Shown here: one piece after another, positions 1-10,200 of the stretch
Numbering within the stretch: position 1 is the first letter of the stretch
Layout: each line of letters begins with the position of its first letter
Source: Macrostomum lignano
Lineage: Eukaryota
Direction: 5' to 3'
NCBI GenBank assembly: GCA_002269645.1
Contig: NIVC01000559.1
Coordinates: forward strand, 1-39,231
Length of the DNA: 39,231 nucleotides
The notes under the pieces: generated by a model
The model's input: the letters and a program-made list of their open reading frames with translations, nothing else
Database searches by the model: none
Told to the model about the DNA's origin: nothing
Program-made: the position numbers and the translations under genes

Positions 1-187
1 AATTAGTAGTTAGGGGCCTGCCTAGCCTTAGATTTCAGATCATTTTAGATCTTAGTTCATTCTAGCCTCAAATTTGCCAAATGGCAAAATGATTCAAGAA
101 TTTGATAAAGTTTATCAACTATATAGACATAGGCCAAGTCCTAGTGAGTAGTGATTAATTAGGGAGTCTAATCATAGGGCCTAAGTT

Positions 188-257
188 CAGGGGCATAGGC
201 ATAGGAAGGGGGATAGGGGGGTGTATCCCCCATAGGAAATTCCTGGCTATGCCCCTG
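188..257. mobile_element. Tiny hAT-like TIR element
   Basis: caggggcatag ... ctatgcccctg form 11-bp inverted repeats. Flanks cctaagtt / tctaggtt match at 6/8, as for a decayed 8-bp TSD. Confidence 0.4.
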
Positions 258-1566
258 TCTAGGTTCTATAGGCTACTTTCACATTCCTAATTCCAGAACC
301 AGAATCAGTTTGGATCTTACAAGAAAAAAGCAGTATAACTAGGGCCTATTCAACTTTGTTGAACGTTTGACTGCTTTAAGAGCCTCACAATTTGCACAAT
401 TTTCGACTTTCTTCTTGGCTATTGCCATTCTGGCATTCAATAATTACAACTTTATAGCACGTAGGCCCTATATCCCTCTAGTTTAGGAGACAAAAGTTAC
501 TTTACAAATTGGATCTGGTTCTAGAACCAGAACAAGCAATAAGAAAATGTGGTGTACGAATAATGTAGTAATAGTAGAAAGTTTGGCTCAAGCAAGAAGC
601 CTGTTTGGCCAATATATTTCAGTGCATTTAAAAATAATTCAAGAGTAGAAGGCAATATTTATAACGCAGCAAGTACGACAGGCACCCAGCAGCAGCAGGT
701 TAAAATACTTTTAAACTATAAACGTTTTAAACAAAAATTCGACTACTTATAAGGAAAAGTTATAAAATTCTAACTTGCATTCCTAAAATCGTCTTTCTGC
801 TTAAATTATACATTCTGGCAGTTATGCATGCGTGTAGGCTTATGCGTCCTCATATCTGATCGTCCCAGACAAGACCGAAAATTCGAAACCGATTTTTGAG
901 CTTCCAATTTTAACAGGGTCCCTCCGGCCAAAATTCCTGTCCAGAGGAAATTTTTATATGCCAAACAATTCCAGCAGGTAACTTAAGGGCCTGTCAACTT
1001 AAGATCATAAAGCTGACCCGAAAAAGTTAAAACCTATCTATCTACATAAATCATTATTACGTGTCATTCTGCTCACGTGACACCAGAAAGCTGGATTTGG
1101 CAAAAAATACAAAATTGGACCTGGGATAGGAGAGAACAAGCAAAGGGACAATTTGGTACGTCACCTTATGAGCTTAAGTTTACATAAGATCGAGTAAGGT
1201 TGGCGATGCAAAAACTGTAGTGTCAATAAAGACTTCATTAAAAGCGCAAGATGGACAGCAATAGGAAAATTTCTTATTCGACGACAGTAGCATTGCCAGT
1301 GTTGTCCCAACTCTACCCATTTTCCACTTCTATCCATCCTCTTCCCCCTCCCAGTCCCATCCCTTCTGCGTGGCCTTCTGCAGCTCCATCCTCGTCGCTC
1401 TCGCTCGTTGCATTTCTATCCCCTCACCAACCTCTCTCCCTGCTTTCTTTTTTCAATGGCTGTTGAAACTTTCCATGTCAATTTTCAGCCTCTTGACAAG
1501 AATGTGCGACGCAGTGGCCGAACGAGTGATACAACCCCAGACCTTGTACCGTGTAATTGACTGAGT

Positions 1567-2510
1567 GTGACAGACGAGTCGCAATTCTTTTCCAGTTTCG
1601 ACTTTGCTAATCTGCCTCCGCGAGTGCTTGCAGACGCTTCAGCCTTGAGTGATGAAGCCCTCATCCCAGACGATGGTGTACAAGTAATTTGGAAGGTTTC
1701 TTTCTGGCTGCCTGGAGCTGGACGATGTGAACGGGAAGATCGTCCGAATTCAGCCATTACAAATGCGATTTCTGTTCATCGATCTGGGCATGGAGCTGGA
1801 TCGAAGGTGTCTGTGCGCTGGGTACCCCATCATTTGAACACGACCCAGATGCAAGCTCGTGTTGAGTTCGCGAACTTTATACTAAACAAATTCGACGCAG
1901 GGACTTTGAAATTGGTGGACAACATCCTAATAGGGGATGAAACTTGGGTGTACTTATGACCCAGAGACAAGATCCCACAGCAGGCAGTGAATTGCCTTCG
2001 AAGAGGATGCCCCTTATTATATTTCTACTCAAGAGGAGTATCCGCAAGGTCATGACTGCAGTCTTCTTTTGGCAGTGTGGCATCCTGCCGCCCATTCTAC
2101 TCGAGGAAGGTACTGTGCTAAAAAGTGACTGGCTGCTGGTAGTCAGGTGTCTGCTTGCCGCAGGTGATGGAGTTCCTCCGTAAGGAGCGACCAAAGACCA
2201 GAGACCGTACCATTTTCCTGCACCATTACAATTCGCACCAGCTCACCGAGCCAGGGTGACGCAGGAGTTTCTGACATCGACTCAGCTGACTCTGCTGTCA
2301 CATCCAACCTACTCGACCGACCTCGCTCCTGTTGACTTCTTCCACCTTACAAAAATCAAGAAGAATCTCAAAGGAAGGCGCTTTGACTCAGAGGCGCTGA
2401 GAGTAGAGCTGGAAGTTTCATAGCTGGAAGCCGTCACTCTACTGTACTGTTTTAATTATAGCATCGTTTCATCGGATGAAGAAATGTGTCAAATCTGTCT
2501 GGAAACAATA
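1567..2510 (+). pseudogene. Mariner-family transposase remnant
   Basis: WVPHHL and GDETW motifs in ORF 1567-1959, and HPTYSTDLAPVDF (YSPDLAP motif) at 2301-2339; broken by stops and frameshifts. Confidence 0.88.
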
Positions 2511-2639
2511 CGTATGTTGGGAAGTCTCATTAGGTGGGGGTAGATGCAGATAAAATTTTGAAGTGACAGCACTTTAAAATGTCTTTTTCCGCGAATTTAT
2601 TAGCAGCCCTCGTACTCCGTGAAAAGAATTGGAAATCTG

Positions 2640-3856
2640 AACACGGCTTTTCTTAATTCTAACCCAAAAACTATATTATATATTCCTCACTTGCCCACAG
2701 TCCACAGTCTATGGTTAAAAGTGGACCCGTTTATACGCCCCAGACAAGGAGTTCATATAAGTAGCTCATGGATGAATGGACAAACATTTTTCTCCAGACT
2801 CATACTCGCTGTTATCTCAAAGGTCTTTCGCAATGGAAAAAAAAACTTAAACCTGGCGCAATACCAATGCAATACCCAGCTACGCTGCAGCTTCCAGCTT
2901 CAATCCCACCCCAAGTGTCACCGCAACCATCACCAGCTTCAATCCCACCCTAAGTGTCACCGCAACCATCACCAGCTTCAATCCCGCCCCAAGTGTCACC
3001 GCAACCATCGCCATGCAGCTTCAGTCCCACCCCAAGTGTCACCGCAACCATCACCAGCTTCAATCCCACCCCAAGTGTCACCGCAACCATCACCAGCTTC
3101 AATCCCACCCCAAGTGTCACCGCAACCATCACCAGCTTCAATCCCACCCCAAGTGTCACCGCAACCATCACCAGCTTCAATCCCACCCCAAGTGTCACCG
3201 CAACCATCACCAGCTTCAATCCCACCCCAAGTGTCACCGCAACCATGGCCAGCTTCAATCCCGCCTCAAGTTGCACCGCAACCTTCGCCAGCTTCAATCC
3301 CATCTCAAGTTGCACCGCACTCACCAGCTTTCATGCAAAATCCAAATTCAACAAAGAAGAATTTGCGGCCTAAAATAAAGAAAATGGAGACAAAGTAAGA
3401 AAAGAAGGATACCTGACGCATTTAGAAGGAATTTGCAGCACTATAAGATGCGCTCAAAGCGGCTAACCAAAATTTTAAATGCAACCGTGAAAAGAGTTAA
3501 GCGGCTGGAAAATGAATCAGCAAATATGAGCAAAAATCTGAAGATGTTTTTTAACGAAAGAAGGACGAAGAATGATGCTAAACTCGAGCAGAGGGAAGAG
3601 TGGCAGATTTTTGGCGGACATTGGCATCTTTGCCGCACAGGTGCACTTCTGTTCTCCAAAGGCGTATTCTGTAATCAGACGAGTTGTAAAGTTACCGGCT
3701 GTGTCTACCATCAGAAGATGGAAGCTCGCTGTTGACGGGGATCCTGGTGTGTCCTCTACGGTAGTTTCAAAGATAAAGGAGCTATGTAATCAATCGATAT
3801 GGAACAAAAATTGGGTAATCGTGATTGATGCGATGAAGCTGCGAAAGGAGTTATGA
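2640..3856 (+). pseudogene. P-element/THAP9-like transposase remnant
   Basis: THAP C-terminal motif LKPGAIP (~2850), followed by FAAQVHFCSPKAYSVIRRVVKLPAVSTIRRW...DPG...VIDAM (3572-3856), typical of the P-element transposase N-terminal region. Confidence 0.75.
2894..3330 (+). repeat. 39-bp minisatellite (~11 copies) inside the P-element-like remnant
   Basis: Unit ccagcttcaatcccaccccaagtgtcaccgcaaccatca, encoding PASIPPQVSPQPS. Confidence 0.95.
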
Positions 3857-4932
3857 AGTGATACATTTTGGCTCTAGAAAGCTCCCATCCAGATTGAATG
3901 TATTTTAACCAATGAATGCGCTCCAAATAGCAAAAGCTGAGGACACGACCCCAACCTCAACCAATGAAAAACAGTTATGTACCATCCAATGCGATTAAGA
4001 CTGAAAAGTACTATAAAAGCTCATGTTAACCAAGAAAGAAGCTCCGCCCTTCTCTCGCTCCGCCTCTCCTCGCCCTTGCCTCTCCTTCGCCATTCTCCTA
4101 GCTTACCTCGCCTGACTATTTTGATTGACATAGTTAGGGTCTCAACCCAAACACCAAAACTGATAGATTGACTTACCATAGCTAAACCAACACCCAATCC
4201 ACGTTTTACAATAGACTGAACCTTTGGTTCACCCGAACAACTAGAAACACCTTGTGACTTAAATCGAACGAGCTTCTTATTTGGAATTCACCCCTTAGAC
4301 ATTAAATTTTGTGAGACAACATCTCGAGATTGTGACCATCAAATACAACGGTCTGTAAGTTACATCAAGTGTTTGCATCATCAGAAAAAGTCAGTTGAAT
4401 CCGCCGCCTCAGTTATTTGGCTCTCACATTGATATTTGAAGTAGAACAAGAGCCATAGAAGTGAGAGACCAGAAGAAGAACAATAACGTATATTTTAAAA
4501 TATTTCAGTTATGTTGAAGTAGAGCAAAGGGTGAATTCGTTGGCTACGAAGACTTGGGGAAGGCTGTTGAGCATACCAGAAGCTTTTTCGACATAAAAGC
4601 ATGGGCGTCAAAAATACAAACTAACTGCTGGTCTATCAAGGGGCAAAATTCGTTTACCACGCAAAAGAGCGCAAATGTAATGTCTGGCCATGTTACTTGT
4701 ATGTCTTTAAAATAGTGCATTCTTTTCCTATGCGCGTTAATCCGTGACTTTGGAATTAAGAACTTAGGGGGGGACTATTATTACATTCCAGCAGCCAATA
4801 AAATTCATGGGGGGAATATCCCAATTTTTTAGGAGTCTTGGCTTAAGGACTCGCTTTTAGATGAGCGATCCTTTCTATTCCTTCATCCATGAAGTAGCTC
4901 GTAGCAACCTGGAGTGGAAACGAATTTTTCTG

Positions 4933-5040
4933 TTTTACCTCATGAGGCCAAACTAGCATAGACAGAGTCAGACAGAGCCATCTAGAAATTCAGTGCTGGC
5001 TCCTTATTCTTTAAAATTGGCACGGCCTCATGAGGTAAAA
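4933..5040. mobile_element. 108-bp MITE-like element
   Basis: Perfect 17-bp inverted repeat ttttacctcatgaggcc / ggcctcatgaggtaaaa; no clear TSD. Confidence 0.55.
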
Positions 5041-5180
5041 TCGCTTCTGCTTCAGATTGCTAATTGTAGAGCTCCTTGCCCCAGGCGAGCGGGAAATAAA
5101 TCAATTATTGCCCGGGGCAAATAAATGAAGTACTTTAAGACATAGACTGCGTTGGCGGGCGAACGGAGAATACATACATA

Positions 5181-5277
5181 ATTCCCCACTTGTTTGACTT
5201 ATCTTTGGCCGTAATCGTCTTCACACGCGTCTATTTGGCCTCGGCTACGACCAAAATAAATAAAACAAGTGGGGAAT
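5181..5277. repeat. Imperfect hairpin repeat
   Basis: attccccacttgttt (5181-95) / aaacaagtggggaat (5263-77), with inner arms tttggccgta / tacgaccaaa. Confidence 0.7.
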
Positions 5278-6315
5278 AACATATACTTAATCCAAACTGT
5301 TTCCTGGTAACCTGCTGCAGTGCGTTACAGTACACGTCCCGTCGCTACGAGCGTATTGTTAATTTTTCGAGCCTCTGATGAGATGTCGTAAAATCGATTG
5401 ATTTCTTCAGTATCGCAGATTTGAAATTGAGGAAATATACCGCCCGGTATTTTACGCTCGTAATTTTATTAGAAATCGATACAACAGTTGTAAGCCGAGC
5501 TACTTTGCTAACACGTCCGCAAGGTTGCATAGCAAGTCTCCGTACGGGACAAGTTGGTTTACTAAGAAACCGGCAATTTACAAACAAAATAGTAGAATTC
5601 TATAATGAAAACTGAACTTTTCACTATAACAATCTCTCATCTTTGACGCTTGGACAAACAAAGCCAAAAGAGGTCTCACAATACGAGCCTATCACAGAAA
5701 CACCTCTTCCTAATATTACCATTTGCACAGCGTAGTATACATACGATACAGTGAAACCCCTGGTCTTCTACGGACAGGGGGGATGCCCCCCAGTAAACGC
5801 TGTGGGGAAGGAACATGCCAATCCTTGACCCGCCAAATTTTGATCGAGCGGTCTTGGAGTTTCAAGCTTTAATTACTACAAAAAAATTATGCGTACATGC
5901 TGCAAAGCTGAATATAAATAAAAAAATTGTTTAGGCTTACTCTGCGTGTTGCCATTTGGCGTAAAGCAGTGAGCTGCGTTTTTCACCAAAGCCACAACTA
6001 GCTGAGCGCTCGTTGTCAATGGACGGCAAAGATACGCTAACTCGTTTTTTAGATATCATGACAAACTAGCATTCTTAGATTGCTTAGCTGCATTTGCGAA
6101 ATTGATTCAAGTCTAACAAAAAACTTCATTGAATATTAACTACGAGTATTTACAAAAAATTCTCACCTGCAGGGTTTAAAATAGATTATGGATAGCTATA
6201 GCTCTCTTCAAACTTAATCTACAAAAAACTAAAAAACACGGAACACAAAACTAATCTACAATAGAAGCAACAATCAGAAACAACATTTAATATTGAAACT
6301 TCATTCCTTGTCAAC

Positions 6316-6321
6316 TTTATT
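6316..6321 (-). promoter_or_regulatory. Candidate polyadenylation signal (AATAAA on the minus strand)
   Basis: tttatt on +, about 320 nt downstream of the stop codon. The region is AT-rich, so a chance match is possible. Confidence 0.35.
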
Positions 6322-6643
6322 TTCAAAACTATTCTCATCACTTAAAGTAAAAAAATTAGTTTGTCATCACGATAAAATCAACACTGTTTTAAAAATCAAA
6401 GCTCATTGAATCGGCAGTCAAATATACTCATAAAAATATTGCGTTTACAGTATTTATGATAGAAGCTATATCCTATTCCTAAACTAAAGTTGCAATAAAA
6501 TCGTGAAGTCCTACATGGTTTGTTATCAAAGTCTATTGAAAAAGTACTAAGATATTCTACACACAGATAGACTACGGATGTTGAGGCGGGCTTAATAATT
6601 ATTAATTAACTTGTACTAAAACATTGAAAAGAATTAATTCCTG

Positions 6644-7209
6644 CTACATAAGGTAGATTACCAGCCGATCAGCGTAGCCGCTGCCCACTCTGCTAGGAGC
6701 ATCCTGGATGTAGTTGTAAACCAGAACTGGCAGAGATCCCTTGAAGCCCTCGCTAATCCAGGGACAGGAGTCTTCCTTGTCCGAAACGACAAAGAAGCTG
6801 CGCTCGGTGTCACAGCCCCCGCCCGTACTGCTGATTGAGAAATGCCGCTTTCTGGATGAGTCGCCATTCAGCGAAAACTGGCTGAATTCAGTCCGGCCGA
6901 TCCAAAATGGGTACGACGACTCGATCCGCTCCTTCGAGAACCAGTTTTCGCGAGTCAACTTGTCCGTATCCTTGGCAACGTTGAAAATCACCTGCGACAC
7001 GACGCTCTTGCCTTCGCGCATCTCAACAACCATCCTTGACTTGCCCGACTGCTTTACAGTCAAGGCCAGCTGGTCCAAGAGATCGGAGCGGTACACTGGT
7101 GGCAGCGAACCGTCTGCCAGCATTTTGAAGTCCTGCCTATGCGAAAACACGTTAAGCGCCTCTCGGTCGACATTTGCCTTGATTGTGAACAGAAGCTGCT
7201 TGTATTCTT
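6644..7209 (-). CDS. Terminal exon D (module 13)
   Basis: Acceptor ttacag|AA GAA TAC AAG CAG CTT CTG TTC. Open to TAG; ends ADRLVIYLM*, without the linker carried by the other exons. Confidence 0.87.
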
Positions 7210-10200
7210 CTGTAAATAGAGGAAATTAAAGAGTGAAACATGAAATAAAATTTCATTAGCTTTAATAATCAACTACGTCAGTAGTAGCTTTAAAGGGTCC
7301 GGCAAACCCGTTTAATATAAAGCAAATACGACTCACCGAAAATAATAATTTTTTTGTATTCGGCACGTGGGTCAAGGAACTCGTTTGACAGATAAATGAT
7401 CAATCTGTCCGCGTACCCAACGCTTTCGTGGAACGATCGACCCTGCTCTCGGTTGTAGGCCAGACTCGGAGGAGAGCCTCGCCAGCCTCGAGTTACCCAG
7501 TCGCAGCTGCCGCGCGAGTCAGACACCATGATGAAGCCTGAATCTCTGGTGCAACCTCCATAGTGGTTGCTGATGTAGAATTTTCGGCTAGCATCCCCTT
7601 CAAAGAAAAGTAGTTGAACTCTTTCCGACTAATTGGATAAGGGTAAGATGAGTACAGTCTTAACAGCGAAAACCAGTTCTCTTTGTCGAGCTTGTCAGTG
7701 TCGGTGGAAACATCGAATGCCACTTGAGAGACGACTTTATTGTCTTTGCGCATCTCGACGACCATCTTGGTCATTCCCGACTGCCTCACAGCTCGAGGAA
7801 GCTCGTCGATGAGATCGGATCTGTAGACCGGAGGCAGAGATCCATCGGCAGGCATTTTGTAGTTTTGTTGATGTTTGAATGTCTCCAGAGCCTTCAACTG
7901 CACGTTCGGAACAATAGTGAACAACAGCTGTTTGTCGTTTTCTAAATTGGAAAGTGATGCAGGTTTGAATATTTTTTACAGTACTTATTTCTGGTGAATA
8001 AGTTTTGTTCACCTTAGTAAGTAATATTCGAGAATTTAATGGCTTTACATGCACCGATTCAATTTATTCGTAACCTCACACACAAATCTTTCCATTCGAG
8101 TAGAAATCAAGTTAAATACAGTAAAATCCGATACAATTCATACATAGTATTTGCAGACAGTTAGCTTTGGAAGGTCAAACAACATGGATCGGCACGACCG
8201 GCTGGTTACCAATGCTCTCGCTCCAAGCCGAGCTCAGAGCAATTGAAAGAGCTCCGAACCTCCTAGAGCACCACAGGGAGGAGCGGTGGAGAGTCTGGGT
8301 AATCACTGACAGCAAAAGCGGCCTGCAGTCACTGCGCGGGCTCTCAAGGAACCCGATCGCCGTGGAAACCCAAGTCCAGGTTGCCATGAAGTAAGAGTCA
8401 CCATCGAGTGGAGATGGATACCCGCACATTGTGGCCTCTGGAACGAGAAGGCAGACCGTCTGGCTGGAGCAGCCGTCCATACTCAGCAGGAGGACACCCC
8501 GGTCCTCGCCAGTGTTGTAGTGAAGCAACTTGCCCGGCTGAGACGCGCACGCACCAGCGGTCCCGAAAAAAATACGGAACCTGAGGACCGGCCAAGGACC
8601 CCTGTTACGGCAGCAGAGATAAGGCGAACAGCTTCATGAGAATGAAAACGGGCTACTCACTTGAACTCGGAGTCTACTGCAAAAGAATAAGGAGGGTGCA
8701 GAACGGCCACTGCAAGATGTGCAGCGGTGAGGAGGAAACCGTGACTCACATAGTCCAATGCCCAGCAACTTTCTGTCAGAGAAGTGAGTGAGACGTGATG
8801 GCGCTGAAAGACCCAAACCACTTCAGAAAAGGCGTCCCCAAATTCTGGAAGTGGTAGAGAAGCAAACCACTAGAACAGCAAACACCAGGCAATACGGTAG
8901 CGTGAGTAGCAAAAAAAAACACAACAACAAAAACAACAACACCAACAACAACAACAGCGGCAGCAGCAGCAGCCCGCCGGCCCCAACAGGGACCGCGTGC
9001 CCCAGTCCATCGGGGGCACGGTCATGGACGCTGCCTTGTCGTGGCGACCCGGCTTAATCCTGTCGTCGGCTCCTGCCGGTTGCCGGCGGCAGGAGAACCA
9101 AAGTGTCTACCCTTCGGCTATCGACAGGGACACAGCGGCTGCCTGCGTCCCTGCCGCCCTGCTATCAGGCAGGCGCTCCGACTCGGCCGGGAGTGCGACA
9201 GACCAGGCGCCGAAGCCAGGGTCGGCCGGTCCACCACTCGCCCCAGGCGAGGCTGCGTCTGGTCCCCTGGCTGACTCGTCTGGGATGACGTTGGCGCTGA
9301 CTGGCTCCGGTGGGAGGATAACATGCCATGCTCCCACGCTGGCAGCAACCACCCTTCCGGAGTCCAGGATGATGCGTGGCTTGTCCCCTCCCTGCCCGGA
9401 GTTCGGAGGCGCTTCCTGGAAGGCTAGCCCTTTACAACAACAGCAGTAGCAGAAGCCCGTCGTATCAACAGGTACGGAAAGCCGTGTTATTAAAAATGAA
9501 GTGGCTATGGTCATAGGCATCGCCTCTCCGAGATGACTCGGATGGCCTAGGGCTTGCCATACCACGATACCTGCTACCAGGCAACCACCTAACCCGGTGG
9601 GCACACACTACTTGGCCGCGGATTACGGAGGTGATTATTTCTCTGAGCTCCAGCTCGTCCGATGCCCCAAGTTCTGGCACTTCTTATTTTGCCACTGCTT
9701 GCAACCCAAGCCCCAACGACTGCAAACGCTCCGGCCAGACTCTCAGAAAAGGTCTCCCATTCCTACACTGCCAAAGCACACCATGAAGAAAACTTGCCAA
9801 AAAATTTATTACAGCTGGGTCTAACGCTATCTACGGAACCAGGTATGGACGTATAGCGCCCATCACACTCTTGGTCCTGATGAGCGACACTCTGAGACTC
9901 GGCAGCCACGCCACCGCTCCGCAGTCACTCCAGACCCTGTGCCTTTCCTACGACGCCAGTATTCACACCGGGACCATCCCGCTCAAATGCGCCGGCCAAG
10001 ACTGCACCTCGTTTTGCCATCGCACGACAGCATGCAGAGAAATCCCCAGGTACAAGGGGTGCACTCTCGGAATTTGTCCGAGCCACTCGGCGATACCGGA
10101 CCCCGTCAAGTCGATCGCCGGCCTTCGCGCTGGCGCCCTTTGTGAAAACTGCTGCGACCCGGGATCCGAACATGGCCTGTTGCGGGGGGCTGAAGCCACA

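Noticed and set aside
2894-3330. Regular direct repeats as a possible CRISPR array
   Set aside because: Units are contiguous with no unique spacers, there are no cas genes, and the context is eukaryotic; it is a minisatellite.
6741-7229. Plus-strand ORFs overlapping the module exons (also 10822-11013, 31635-32099, 35705-36025)
   Set aside because: They are antisense shadows of the minus-strand exons, with no motifs of their own.
8997-9604. GC-rich overlapping ORFs on both strands
   Set aside because: No recognisable motifs; they lie within TE-derived intron filler, where high GC content makes stop codons rare.
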